Shown one piece after another: positions 34,009-59,937 of a DNA stretch of 64,000 bases. The position numbers were made by a program, and so were the translations under genes. Below the pieces are notes generated by a model. That model was not told where the DNA came from. It saw nothing but the letters and a program-made list of their open reading frames with translations, and did not search any database. The DNA comes from the human T2T-CHM13v2.0 reference genome, Homo sapiens. Where the stretch lies: NCBI RefSeq assembly GCF_009914755.1, contig NC_060938.1. One strand, given 5' to 3'. Numbering within the stretch: position 1 is the stretch's first letter; each line of letters begins with the position of its first letter.

Positions 34009-35447
34009 GACGCGGGGTTGGGACCGGGTGGGGGCAGGGGGTGGCCCCTCTTTCACGCTGAACCTCAGGCTCGGTATGGAGACCTGTGTCTTCCCTTCCA
34101 GCTGACCTGTCTAGGATCCCTGAGTCCAGGTCCGGCGAGAGACTCCACAGAAAGGAGGGCTGTCATTCTTTTCCTGAGCATCCCAAGGATTTCAGAGCCA
34201 GCCCAGGTACTCAGAGATGGACCGCCTACTGCGCATGCGCGGGTCCATGGGCAGCCGGCTAGGGTTTGGGACCAGCCCGGGCAGGGCTCTCATCCCTTCC
34301 CCGCCTCCCCACGCGGTACACATCCCCCCCACGACCCCCGCGTTCTTCAGTGGTATAGGCGGAGACCTCCACCCCGGGAAACACTGGCCCGGGCAGCGGC
34401 CAGGCCTGCTCTCCTTTCCGCAGCTCAACTCCACTACCTCCCCGCCCCACCCTCCCTCGCCCACCCGTGCCCCGCCACATCACGTGGAGCTCCCGGAAAC
34501 TAAATGTAGACCCCGAGATCTTGCGCAAACCGTGGTTCTGCCCTTTCTAGGCGGGAGGGAAGCCAGGCAGAGATGGGGAAAGGAACGGAGACAAAGTGAG
34601 AGGGAGGGACAGAGGGAGGAAAGGACGGATGAAAGGAGGGACCTTGGAAGGGATGGAGGGAGGGACAGAGGGAAAGAAAAAGAGAGGAAGGGAGGGAGGG
34701 AAGGAGGGAGAAAGGGAGGTATGGATGGAGGGAGAGAGGGAAGGAGAGAAAAACAGAGGGAAGCAGGGAGAGAGGGAGACAGGGAGAGAAGAAAGAACAG
34801 AGGGAAGGATGGACAGAGGGAGAAAAGGATCAAGAAACAGAGAAAGGAAGGCAAAGAGAAAAGCAGTCTTCTGCCACCAGGACCAGCAGGACCTCGAACT
34901 CCGGGAAAATGTTGGGTGCCCAGTGCAGGCTGAGTGCTCGGCCCACGGCCGCATTGGCCAGCGGTGGGCTCACCGGCCCTCGGGATCGCCTGGGTTACTT
35001 CACCCGGGAGCGATTCAGACGAATTCCGCCTCCCAAGGAATGGGCGAATTCCCCAAAGAGCAGAGCCGAGACTCGAATTGTTGTCCGTTTTTCATCCACA
35101 TGGTTCACAGATGACATGTGAGCCTCCCCACGCTAAGCCTACAACAGAGCGCGAGGCAGATACTCCCATCCACACAGGAGTCACACTCAAGCCGAGTGAA
35201 CCATGGTTCCGGATTCCACGTTCCTTTGCCTTCTGCAAGGGGGGGGGGCTGTTGCTCACGTGTCTCTGGCCCCCGAAAGCGTGACCATGTTGACTGTTTC
35301 TTTCCCGAGCTCTGTGGGGACACAGAAACCTCCAGCGAAGCATGGAAAAGCAGCATCGTGTCTTCACTCTCCTTTCGTTTCCAAACAGGCCATTTTGGAG
35401 ACTCCTCATGTTGCAGGAAACAGGAATCCGTCATCAGGCCTTGATGC
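34009..35447 (+). repeat. D4Z4 non-coding part, truncated
   Basis: Colinear with 28568-29910; homology ends at caggcc.tgatgc (~35447). Confidence 0.9.
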
Positions 35448-36995
35448 CTCAGTCCCCTGCCCAGGCTCAAGGCACATCAGGCGGCCTCCCTTTCACTGAC
35501 ATTCCAGGCCTTCCCCCAGCTCGTGAGCTCCCGAGCTTCCAACACATCGGGCCGGCTCAGGACAGGGTGTGCTTGGAGGCGTCAGGGCCCGGGGCCCACA
35601 GTCCTGGGATCACCTCTGGTCCTCCGCCTTGCCGCGGAAAAATTGATTTGGATCCCTCGCCGCCCCTCTTGCAAGGCCCCCTCTTGCCCCACACACCCAG
35701 AGTCCGCCAGGGCTGCCCAGGGGCGAACAGCCGGCCCAGCCCCGTGGGCCCTTTTTCTCATAACGCCCACACCATCGTCGCTTGTTCCAAAGAGGACCCG
35801 CCCATGGCCAACAGGACAGGAAGGCTCTGCTTTGCCCCGCGCTGGCACTAGAGCCCTGGCAGCCTGATCCTGGGAAAGAGGGGCTGACAGACACCCAGAC
35901 ACACCACACCACCACCATGAGCAAACCCACACCGACACACACACAGTTACACACGGGTGCACGCGCACAGGCACACACGCACACACACGGACACACACAA
36001 CACACAGACACACACACAGACACACACAGACACACAAAGACTCACACACGGATACATGGACACACGCACACGAACACACACGGACACACACACAAGGACA
36101 TACAGACAAAGACACAGACACAGCTTGAAAGAAAGCTAGGGAGACCGGGATGGAGAGATAGAAATGGGGGGAGAGAGAGAAAGTTGGAGGGGGAGAGAGA
36201 CAGAAGGTGACAGAAGAGTGAGAGGTGGAGGGGGAAGTAGAGAAAGGGAGAGGGTGAGGGAGTTGCAGAGCGAGAAAGACAGAGCCTTGGAGAGGGAGGC
36301 TCTGCTCAGGTAGACAGGGCACTTTGAGCAGGCCGGGGTGAGGTGGAGGGTGCTTGGGCCAGGCTAAGACAGGGGGTCAGGGCCGCCCACGCGGGAAAAC
36401 CAGCGGAGCCCTGAGACGTGTTTTTTTTTTTTTCTTGGATTGGTTGATTGCTTTGGGGGTGCGTTTCATAGGGTCCTTCCTTTGTTTGCTTCTTTCTGTC
36501 TCCTTGGTGCTGTGGGCCCCGAGACTTGTAGAGTGCACCCGTCCGTCTGGTGGAAGCTGTGGCACAGAGCGTGTCCACGGGGCCAGGTCTGTGTATCTCT
36601 CGTGTCCTCGGGACTACACTTTACACGAAGTCGGTGGCAATGGGAAACAAGGTGCACAGGGATGGATTTCTTCGTGGCTGGCAAAGACAATATACTTCCC
36701 CCGGGGAAAGCATTCCATGGTTTCTGGAGCGGAGGTCTTGGCTGGCGACTGTGGGACCTGCTGCCCCAACTTGGATGGTTGCAGAGGCACTTGATGAATG
36801 AATTGAATTGCCTGGGGTCCGGGGAGTGGGAAGACACCCTGGAGGGCAGGAAACCCGAGCCTGCACCTTCCGGGTCTAGTACGCGCCGCAGCGCCCCGGC
36901 TGGAGCCGGGCTCCTCGTGGGGCTGCAGCCAGTCGAAAGAGGTGGGATGCTGCCGCCTGGCGGTATTGCAGCTGTGGACCCCCACGAGGAGGTTT
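35448..36995 (-). repeat. 5S rDNA repeat-unit spacer fragment, no 5S coding region
   Basis: Revcomp GGATCCAAA..GGCGGAGGACC..GGGCCCTGACGCCTC..GATGTG.TGGAAGCTCGGGAGC..GGGGGAAGGCC resembles the 5S upstream flank; central (CA)n; 36590-36990 resembles the spacer 'CTTCCCCCGGG.AAAGCA..GTCTTGGCTGGCG..TGAATTGAAT.GCCTGGG..GCTGGAGCCGGGCTCCT' (recalled). Confidence 0.8.
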
Positions 36996-36999
36996 CATC

Positions 37000-38230
37000 T
37001 CGACATAAATCTTTTTATTTCCTCAGCTGATCTGTATCCTTAATTTTAGGTTAGTGGTAACTCCACAAATTTAGAGGCACAAAATATGGTTGCCCATACC
37101 TTATAATCGCATTACCACCCCCCATTACCACCACCTTTCCCCCTCCTCCCCACCCTCAACCCATAGACTAGGTCTTGCCATGTTGCCCAGGCTGACCTCA
37201 AACTCCTGGGCTTAAGTGATTTGCCAGCCTTGGCCTCTCAAAGTGCTGGGATCAGCGGTGTGAGTCACCATGCCCAGCCAACCACCACCAAGTTTTGATT
37301 CAGCAGCACTGGGTGATGGAGCTAAGGACCCACAAATTTAGAAAAGTTTTTAAATATCATAACGTTTCTGTGAGGAAATAGTATTTGATATTACATTTTT
37401 AGACTCTTTTATAATGTTCTGTTTTTTTCCACCGAGCACAGTACTAAGTAGTAATTGGAAAATCACAGAATAAGTCATATTACTTTTTCTAATACAGAGT
37501 CCTCAGCTGTTCTCTAAGCTAATCCTGATCACCTACATTGAGAAAAAAAAAAAACCCCAGAGTGTGAGGAGACAGGAGATAGTAGCCAAACATCCAAATA
37601 GGTGGGAGTGAATAAGGCAGATGACACAGACGAGATGTCCAAAGATCAAGGAGAAAGCCAGATCTTAAAGTGTGGTTTGCGAAGCTATGCTCCAATGGAA
37701 ACCTTTTCTGCAAAGCCCTGATTTCTTTCTCTTGCTTTCATTAGAGACTGACATCATCTGCCCCATGCTCTTCAATTTTCTAGGACTGGACTTCCCCTTC
37801 AAAGATCATTCTTCTAGGTTACAAAGAAAATCAAAGCCCTTTGCATGGCTTACAAGGGACTGGAGGACCTGGCTGCTTGCTCTTTTATTCCTTTTGAGGA
37901 CATGGGGCCGTCTGTGATTTTTAAGGAACTCTATGTTAAACATTTTCTAATTTCCATTTTGAGTCTTGTCTAAAATGTGTGAGAGTAGTGGAGATATTGG
38001 GATTTGGTTTAGAAATCCCAGAAACACCACATCCAGATGTCGTATGTTTTCTGCTTTATAATTTCATATCCTGTGAAGGTTTCAAATGTGATTCTACAGA
38101 AATTCATACTCAATAATTTTATCAGAACACTAAGCTTCTGCCCCATGTAGTAAAACCTAATGTTATTTTACTTCAAAATTCTAAGTTTTTGGTATGTATT
38201 GAGGCTAATATTGTAAACACTCTGTGCCAT
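37000..38230 (+). pseudogene. KRAB-ZNF (ZNF91-subfamily-like) relic: intron, decayed KRAB-B exon (~37498-37597), next intron
   Basis: Acceptor aatacag then ..ctctaagc..cctgatcacct..gtgaggagacaggagatagtagccaaacatccaa|ataggtgggagtgaa, like KRAB-B 'SKPDLIT..VKRQETVAKHP' with donor GT>AT; flanking 'gctgatctgtatcctt..ttagtggtaa' and 'gcagatgacacaga..gtccaaag.tcaaggagaaagccag' are typical of these introns. Confidence 0.7.
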
Positions 38231-38629
38231 AATTCCTAAACTGTAATATGGTTTAATGTATCTACTTTCTACATTTAAAACATGTACTTTGCCATTGAGG
38301 AACTCAGAATATTGCTGAGCATGTATTAAATACCCATTTGTTTCCTGTTTTTTAAATAGTTATCATTTTGTAATTTTCTCTTGTTTAGTTTGAAGCTTAC
38401 TAGGATATTTTCATTGATATGTATGTGTGTATATATATACACACACAAAAGTATATACATAACAACATATGTAATTGATATATATGTATATGCTTTATAT
38501 ATGTGTACATACACACTTATGTGAATATATGCATGTGTACATAACATTAATTTTTTGACCAATAAAAATTGCATAATTATGTATTGTGTACATTATAAAA
38601 ATTTGATAATTATATATATTGTAAAATGT

Positions 38630-46880
<8,251 letters not shown>

Positions 46881-46927
46881 TGCATTGGTGTTTGTGCATT
46901 TGAAGGAGCAAACACCTCTTTTCATTT

Positions 46928-47236
46928 GTCGTTGTTGTTGTTGTTGTTTTGTTTTTGAGACGGAGACTCGCTCTGTCACCCAGGCTGGAGTGCTGTGGCA
47001 CGATCTTGGCTCACTGCAACCTCCGCCTCCTGGGTTCAAGCAATTCTCTGCCTCAGCATCCTGAGTAGCTGGGATTACAAGTGCCAACCACCATGCCCGG
47101 CTAATTTTTGTATTTTTAGTAGAGACAGTGTTTCACCATCTTGGCCAGGCTGGTCTTGAACTCCTGACCTCGTGATCCACCCACCTCGTCCTCCCAAAGT
47201 GCTGGGATTACAGGTGTGAGCCACCGTGCCCAGCCA
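46928..47236 (-). mobile_element. AluS (antisense) with (GTT)n tail
   Basis: Alu consensus. Confidence 0.93.
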
Positions 47237-50200
47237 GCTCTTTTCATTTTTATAAACTGGTTTTAGTAGGTAAAGATCTTCATCTGTTAGGTCTCAAGGC
47301 TGATGAGATCTTTACTGGGTTTGCAGTAAAAAGGCTTGTAGCTGCATCACAAGGTGGCTGCCGAATCTGAAGTGGGTTTTACCTTTAGTGGGCTTGTTAC
47401 CAGGAGCACATGTGGTTGTGAGTTCTGTTAGGTTTTTGGGCAGGCTGGATTGTCTTCAGGGCTTTGTTTTGTGAAGCAGGCACTAGGGCAGGTTCTGCTA
47501 TATGCTGGGCCTAATAGCAGATGTGTGGGTGAGTGTGGCTCCCACTGTGTACCTAGCAGGTGTTCCCCAGGTTATCTACAAACAGTGACTTTTGAGCTGT
47601 TTTGTGTGAGTCACGAGTATGATGTCCCCAGCTTTTTTCTTATTCCTCATGATTGGCTTGGCCATTCAGCCTACATTGTAGGCTTGCATTTTCCATTACT
47701 ATAAAAAGTGGGACAGGGATTTTGATAGGGATTTGAGTTAACTTACGGATTGTTTTGGATAATATGACACCTTATTAACCAAAGGGCCTGCTTCTCAAAA
47801 TGACTCTTTTCGATCTTGGGTTTTAGCGAGGTTTCATAATGCCCTGTATTGCAAATTCACTATATTGCCCAGGCTGTTCTTGAACGCCTGGCCTGGAGCA
47901 GTCCTCCTGACTCAGGTTCCTGAATGGAGGAGATTACTGTCATGAGCCATTGTGCCTGGATCTCTCATTAAGTTACTTTGGTTGATGGATGGCTGACTAG
48001 TTTTTATTACTGCAGGGGAATACAAAAGTAGGGACCCCCTATTCCACCATCTTGATAATATCACTGTCTCCATACATTTCTTCCTTATTTTGTTCTCTTG
48101 TATGTTTGTGTGTTATTTTAGGTTCAAATATTAAGACCAATAGGCTAGGATTTATACATTGTGTAAAAGGTAAATTAGATAGCTAGTAGGTACCTTTATA
48201 TATTATAATGTTCACCTATAAGATTAAGTTTAGTGCACACAAAAAGGGCTCATTAAAATTTTCATCCACTTTCTTCAACCTCTATCCAAACTATGATATA
48301 ATTTATGTCACAATTTTTGTTTTATCAATTACTCTTAACCATATTTCATAAAATTTATATTTTTTCTTTATTTAGAAATGTAAGGCTATTATTTGCTTTT
48401 AAAGGCTGTAATACAGCTTTTTTATTTTGTGAAATAATAACACCAATATTATAAATATTAATAGCGTAAATACTTATTCATTAAAATCTTCCCATTAGAG
48501 AATTTTATTAATTATTGTAGTGCATTTCTGTAAAATTGTACTGCCATACACCACAGGGCAATGATTCAAAATGCCTGGTCTTCACAGGTGCACAGTCACT
48601 GTTGAACATTGTGGTTATTTAGAAAAATTCTTTTCTAGTGTTATATCAATGTTCCAAACAAGATTTTATGGGTAAATAATTCTCCCATTCTAGTTTTGCA
48701 ATTCCATGTTAACTGTATTTTTATTTTAGGGTAGGTTCCCTGACATTGGTTTATAGTATTTTTGGTTTTACCTAAGTATTATTTTGGATGACAGTGTGCA
48801 GCAACTTTTAATGTACAGTTTATGTCAATGTGCAGTTTAATTACAATATGAATCAGCCATATATTTATTCACAATTCAAGTTTAACAAACTTAATGAAAA
48901 CTCAGCAAACTAATGTTACATGATAAAGCCCCAATCAGCTATCTTATACTTAAGCAAATACACCAAAAAATAGTTTGTAGCTTTATTGCTGCTTTTGTTC
49001 AAACTATGTTTTATATTCCCTATGACCAAGGAAATTTCTGACATTGTCCTACCAGGCTAAAGAAACAAACAAAAAGACAGTGATTATACTTTCAAGGAGC
49101 AGTTTGTTTAGAGCCCCAGATACTCCATCTGTAGACCACGATGCTCATATTTGCTTGTTTTAATAAGGCTGTAGCCCAAAACCTTACATTTTTGTGGAAA
49201 TTAAAGCTTTTCAGTTCCATACTAAAGACAGGACAGCCTCATGATCTAAATCCAAGGGTGATGGTTTAGAGTGAGGACCATTTCTTCTTGACACAGAGAT
49301 GGTTGTGTTCTTCCACAATAAATCTATGTGAGAGGCAGGTTGTGATAAGTTGGAAGTGTTGGCTGCCTTCATGGTCACAAATTTCTCTGTCAAGTTCACC
49401 TCAGCACTGCTGTACCCCTGTTCTGCTGTCAGGTTGGGAATGCTTGGTCAGTAGTGGTTCTCCACATGGTCCTCAACTGCTGGTGCTTCCCTGATCCACT
49501 GCCTGCCAGAAATGCAATTGTAGCAGAGGAGGCTGGTAAGGGGACAGAAGCCAGAGATGGTAACTGGCCACCGCCTCACTGGGGAAGAGAGCGGTGGGCT
49601 CTCAATCCTAGCTCACATGCAAAGTGCCATTTTCATCCCAGCACCCAGCGGTGTCCCCCATAATGTGCACTGCCTGGTCTGAGGTAAATGGAGAGCTCAG
49701 CTAAGGCCTAAAGTTGAAAAGGGGCTTTCCAGAGCCCCCAGTGTGCTGGACATCTCACCAGCCATGGAAAGGGTCTGTGTCCTTGTGGCCACAGACAGGC
49801 AATAATGGGAGCCTGCCCACATTTCAGGGCCTTCTGGAGTCTTCACTTGAGAGTTCAGCTCTGGCAACAGAGGACACTTCTGGTGTCCAGAGATTCTCAG
49901 TGCCTGGCGGATGTAAAACTGAATGATGGCATCTGCTGGCTTCTGGGAGCACTGCTTGGCCATCCTTATCTGTGAGCCCCAGCCAAGGCACTGCAGAAAG
50001 CTTGGTCTCTGGCTAGCATTCTGGACTGTGAGACAGCGTGGCTGCAGCTAGCACTGGATGGAGAGAGTACAGTGTGGTGAAGTGGGGACAGTGGGCATTC
50101 TGCCACATGGCCTAGGGTTTCTCCTGACTCTGGACTGCCCAGGTGCGGTGACCAGAAGGCAAACCGTTTCTAGGCCACAGCTCAAGGGGGGAAAACCCAG

Positions 50201-50269
50201 GCTGAGCCTGGTGAGGGTTCTGAGTTGAAGAGATGAAGCTGGGAGTCCAGGGAGACTAAAGAAGCTCAG

Positions 50270-54330
<4,061 letters not shown>

Positions 54331-55175
54331 AAACCAATCTCTCCAGCATTCCACCAGTTGTGTGTGATTATTTAACAACTCTCTGCCTCTGATAAGAATA
54401 CCTGTCACACAGGGTTGTCATCAGAGCTTGCCACATGTGATATGGAAAGCCTGCTGTTTACAGACCTGAAATCATTATACATTAGCTCATATTGTTGGTA
54501 GCAGAGACCCAGGTCTCTGTGTTGGTCGTGCTGAGAGCTCCCTTCTCATTGCTCTGTTTTCCTCCTCCTTTGATCCCTTTCTGTACTTCCACGCCCCACA
54601 CCGTCTGATTGGAGAAGATTCTCAGCCTCTCAGTCTGCAAATGTTCAAAGTCCATGAATCAAATAGCCAACAAATGTATTTCTGTACGTTTATCTGCTAC
54701 CCAGGGATCCAGGAGAAATACTTTCCTTCCTGCAAGAAGTCCGTGGCTGCTGATGCCAGGAATCTGCTCTCTCTGTCCTCTTGTCTTTTCTGATCTGCAT
54801 ATTCTCAACTGCCCTGCACTTCTGGGAAGACTTTACACAGGGACAACTATGAGTTTTTGTAAGAAGATGAGGAGTCACCACTTTGGGAACCATCCATTAG
54901 ACATTCCAATATTGCTGCAGACATGGACTCTAGCATGTTCTCTTTTTCTCTGACACCCATCCCTTCCCCCGTTGGCCACAGGAACTAGGGTTTGCTCTTC
55001 AGCTATGGCAGTGCCTACCTCTGGGGAACTGTGACCTTCTTTATACCCTATCCAATAACACAATATGTCCTTATACACAGTAGGTGTTCAATATACATCT
55101 GTTGACGGGATTTCATCACAGTTAAATCTGTGGAGAGTTCAGCAGATAAGTGAGTTGCTCAAGATGGTCAGAGGC

Positions 55176-55538
55176 TGTCTTCTTCCATTTGGGCTGCCGT
55201 AACAAAATACCTTAGCCTAGGGGGCTTATAAGCAGCAGAAGTTTATGTCTCATAGGTCCGGATGCTGGCAAGTGGAAGGTCAAAGTAGTGGCAGATTAGG
55301 TGTCTGTTGAGGACCTGTTCCTTATAGAGGGCACCGCCTAGCTGTGTCCTCACATGGTGGAAGGAGAGAACAAGCTCCCTTGGCTCCCTTTTACAAGGCC
55401 ACTTATCCCATTCATGGGGTCTTTGCTTTCATGATGAAATCACTTCCTAAAGTCTTTGCCTCCTAATTCAAACCTAACCTATCAGGGGTTAGATTTCAAC
55501 ACACGGATTTTAGGGGCACACAAACATTGACTATAGCA
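55176..55538. mobile_element. MLT1A-like MaLR LTR
   Basis: 'tttgggctgc..taacaaaatacc..ggcttataa' to 'gggcacacaaacatt.gactatagca'. Confidence 0.8.
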
Positions 55539-57474
55539 GAAACGTAGCTGGACCTGGGTCTGGGGCCTTCTGGGTCCAGCTCCATTATGACACTCACACT
55601 GCATATGGCCTCCCACATGTTGTAATTCTGTTCTGTGACATTGTGCCCATGAGGCAGGGATGCAGTAGAGGCCTCTGCAGACATGGCTTGTTCTTAGGAC
55701 GTCCGCCTGGCTTTGTGTTGCAAGCCTGGAAGAATCCACCAGCTGCCCACTCTCATGCCTCACTCAGGTTCGTGGGTCCCTCCAGGCACATGTCAGATAG
55801 CCCACTCAATTTTTTACTTGCCCCACCTCCCTGGGTTCCCTTCTGAACTCAGGGACCATGGAGGGAGCTGGGAGTCTCTGTTTTTAGTCCATGCTCTTGT
55901 CTCCTATTTGGAAAGAATGCCCAGCCAAGGGAATCTCTTTCCTACTGTTTTCTAAGAACATCAGGGGCTTCCTCCAAACTCTTCACCCACTCCCTCCATA
56001 ATTCCTTCTCCCTCGAGGACACAGGGCACAAGCCCACCTCCTGTGTGAAGATCCTGCCACAGTGTGGCTCTTTGGTTTTCTGCGGGTATCCAGAGAAGAA
56101 ACTAAAGGTGAATGCACTCCAGAATCCGGGATCACTGGTGATTTTCTCTCCTTAGCTCAGCGAGCAACCCCACAGATAGTCCTCGCCCCACCCCGGGCCC
56201 CCTGAATCCATACCATAAAATGTATGTCAGTTTGTTCAACTAAGGACCCCGCTGAGTATTTAATCCCTATTTAAAGATGATGTTTATTTTATTTTTGAGT
56301 TTAAATTAATCAGCCTCAGGATACAGAATTAGATAAGGCCGGGATTTATCTCCCCTGGAATGATTCATTTCACATCGAACCTTCTTAACTCTTTGGCTGC
56401 AGAGGGGAAGCGCCTGTGTCTTTCTCTGCAGAGTTGCCTAGGGCAGGCCAGGTGAACAGACACGCTCCCTCCTCCTCATCCTGCCAGCCAGGGCATGGTG
56501 TGTGCTTATGATGCAGGGAGTTAGAATACTAGCCTTTTCATCACAACAGTCATAAATCCTCACACAGGGAAATAGAGATAACATACAAGTAGGAAAAAAA
56601 GAAAAAAGAATCAGTCTTGAATTCTGCTACCTAAAGATAACCATTGTTACCATGTAGGCAAGCTTCCTTTCATGCTGAGTCAAGTGTTTAAAAAATATGG
56701 CTCAATATTACAAACACACAGGACTGCATAGAGGATAATGGTATTAAACTTTCATGTACCTCCCAGTTAAAATTCAAATATGGTAACTTTTGGATGCATT
56801 TGCTCCAGAGTTTAAGGGAAGAAAACATTACGGATTCAGCCATAATGTTCAAGCTGACGCTCGAGTTATATGCCCCTTTTCCAGTCCAGTTACCACCTCC
56901 CTCCCACTATTCTGAAGTCAATGTGTGTCTTCCCATCCATGTTTAATACCTAGAGTGCATGTCCATGAAGAATGGATATAGTGTTCTTTGGTCTCTTTTT
57001 GCAATTTTATACAAATAGCAGTCCATACATACTCTCCTGAAAGTTGCTTTTCCCTTCAACAATTTCTTCCAGATGAATCTAGAATTCTGCATTTCTGGTG
57101 AGCTGAGGATGCGTGCCTCCCCCTGCAACCCCCACCCCAAGGTGATGCTGATGTTCTGGTCCAAAGTCTGCATGTGGCCTGGTGAGTCTTCGGGTCTTGG
57201 GACAGGTCTGTTGTCAGCCCTTCCTAGGAAGCATAGCCAGATGACCTTGGGGCTGGAGTCCTCACAATGCCCCTCGCCAGTAGTGCTCACATCCATCTTC
57301 ACTCATCTTCATCAATATTTGTTATCGCACTTTTTGATATTGTTCCTGGAATTTGCAGTGCAGCTGAGCGCGTGCCTTGTGTTTCCCAGCCCTTCGGGTC
57401 TCCTTCTCTGTGAATTGCTCCTGGCCCATATGTCTGTTGGATCTTTGGTTTCTCCTTGCTGACTTGTAAGTGCT

Positions 57475-57768
57475 ATTTTTTTTTTTTAGAAGGAGTTTTG
57501 CACTTGTTACCTAGGTGGGAATGCAATGGCAGTATCGCGGCTCACCGCAACTTCTGCCACCCTAGTTCAAGCGATTCTCCTGCCTCAGCCTCCTGAGTAG
57601 CTGGGATTACAGGTAAGTGCCACCACGCCCAGCTAATTTTGTATTTTTAGTAGAGATGGGGTTTCTCCATGTTGGTCAGACTGGTATCAAACTCCCGACC
57701 TCAGGTGATCCACCTGCCTCAGCTTCCCAAAATGCTGGGATTACAGGCATGAGTCACCATGACTGGCC
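57475..57768 (-). mobile_element. AluS (Sp/Sq-like)
   Basis: Alu consensus, antisense. Confidence 0.9.
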
Positions 57769-57846
57769 AATTTTGATTTTAATGATCTGGATATCAATGC
57801 TTTTTTGGCCAAATACCTTACAAATATGTTTTCCCTATTGGTGCAC

Positions 57847-58200
57847 TGTATTAGTCCATTTTCACACTGCCGATAAAGACATAACCCAGACTGGGAAGAA
57901 AAAAAGGTTTAATTGGACTTACAGTTCCACATGACTGAAGAGACCTCAGAATCATGGTGGGAGGTGAAAGGCACTTCTTACACGGCAGTGGCCAGAGAAA
58001 AATAAGGACGATGCAAAAGTGGAACCCTGGATAAAACCGTCAATTCTCGTGAGACTTATTCACTACCAGGAGAACGGTATGGGGGAACAGCCCCCATGAT
58101 TCCAATTATCTCCCACCAGGTCCCTCCCACGACACAGGAGAATTATGGGAGGACAATTCAAGATGAGATTTGGGTGGGGACACACAGCCAAACCATATCA
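57847..58200. mobile_element. THE1 (MaLR) solo LTR
   Basis: tgtattagtccattttcacactgc..ggggacacacagccaaaccatatca; TSD tgcac at 57842-57846 and 58201-58205. Confidence 0.92.
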
Positions 58201-59937
58201 TGCACTATCTTTGTCTTTTAACTTTATTCATGGCCTCTTTTGTCAGATCAAAACTTCTACATTTAATACAATTGAATTTATCAGTAATTTCTTTTATGGT
58301 GTCTGTGTTTTGTGTCATATTAAAAAAAGGTTTTCTCTGCTTAGTGTCATAAAATATGTCCTCTGTTTCTTCTAAAAATTGGAAATCTGCTTTTCATATT
58401 TTGTTTTATTTCCTTTGTTCTTTGATTCGTAGGGATGTGAGGTAGAAATCTCTATTAGTTAACTCTTGCTTTGTAACAAGTAACCCCACATCTCAGAGGC
58501 CTACGACCATAGGCCACCATTTCTCACTCATGAGCATGGGTTGCTTGGGAGGTTTCAGCTCGAAATGTGGTGGCTGAGCTGGATATGCTCCAAGTGTCTC
58601 CGATCCTCCTGGGGTCGGGGCCTGCCAGGGTGCCTTCTTCTCATGGCAATGGCAGGAGTGCAAAGAACAAAGGGAAATGTGAAGATCTCTTATCTTACCA
58701 CCCAGGCTCAGAATGGGCAGACTACCACTTTACCACATCCATTGGCCAAAGTGAGTCAAGTGGCCAAACCAGAAGTCAAGGGCAGGAAGTTTAAGTATGA
58801 ATCCCATCTCCACGTGCTATGATTTCCTGGGCTTTCAACTTCTTGAGGCTGAATTGTTTTACTCTCACCTCCCCAGACTGCAGAAAACACATTTTCTCCA
58901 GGACTCATTGAGCCATAGGGCAGAATGATTGTAGTTGACAAGGACTAGATGGAACTCAAGGCTCCAGCCTCTGTGCAGTGGATAGGTGTCATCTAGCCAC
59001 TGAGGCCACTTCCTTCCCCTTGTCCCCATCTAGGGCCCCTGTTCTGCTCCAATCTCCCTGTCATTCTGCGCAGGCCTTCCAGGCATCAGCCTCTTAATGG
59101 TTCCTGGATTTTTTCCCTGTCTTCCCTTCTATTATGTGAGGGTTTCCATCCTTATTTTGTATAGGAGGACTGGACGGAGTCAATTCAGCCTGTCACGTCC
59201 CCACTCTCAGAACCTGGGTAACCCTGAGTGCTCAGCATGACTGGGGTCCCCTGGTGTCTCCCTCCACAGCACGTTCTGAAGGCATAGGAGCTGGACTGAC
59301 ATTCGGGACACCTAAACCTTTGTTCCACTTCTGCCATGACAGCTTCATTGGTCCAGGCAAATCATGGCAGCTCTCTATGCCTCATTTTTTTATTCCTTAC
59401 ACAATGGAATGACATTACCCTCAGTGCTTATGTAAGGGAGGAGAAATGATTCCCCTGCCTTCTCCCCATTTTTGCATTTGCCAGAGAATCAGATTTTTGT
59501 GTCTGGCCAAGAATATAGGGAAGGAAGAGCAAGTAAGCTTTGGGCGCAAAGAGGGCATTTAGGGGTTTCAATTAAGCAAAGAAAGTCGGGGGCAGAGAGG
59601 CGTGGTGGAGCATGATCTTTGGCCAATAGTGAGGAACTAATGAAGTGCAATGTGCATGGGTTAGGGTGTGTAGCAGCCTGGGTCCCATCGAAAGATAGAA
59701 AGCACACAGTGGGTCTAACGGGGAAGTGGAGTATAAAGGATTGCAACTATGATAAAAGAGTCACTGTAAGACATAAAGCAAGTCTGCCTGGTGTCCTAGT
59801 GCAGAGGGAGGTACCCAAGGAAGCACAGATTGGAAAGGTGTTCAGATGTCATTAAATGTGGTTCAGCCACCACATAAGAGACGTTTGTGGGTTTGGGCAG
59901 GCTGGAGCTAGTCAGCAGCTTTTGCACGAGCACTAGG

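Noticed and set aside
49250-49545. Possible exon ending GCTG|GTAAGG
   Set aside because: No recognisable protein in any frame and no clear acceptor; needs a search
58095-58110. DUX4-responsive THE1 forming a local circuit with the DUX4L copies
   Set aside because: The motif reads TGATTCCAATTA (1-bp insertion vs TGATTCAATTA), and neither DUX4L copy can encode two homeodomains
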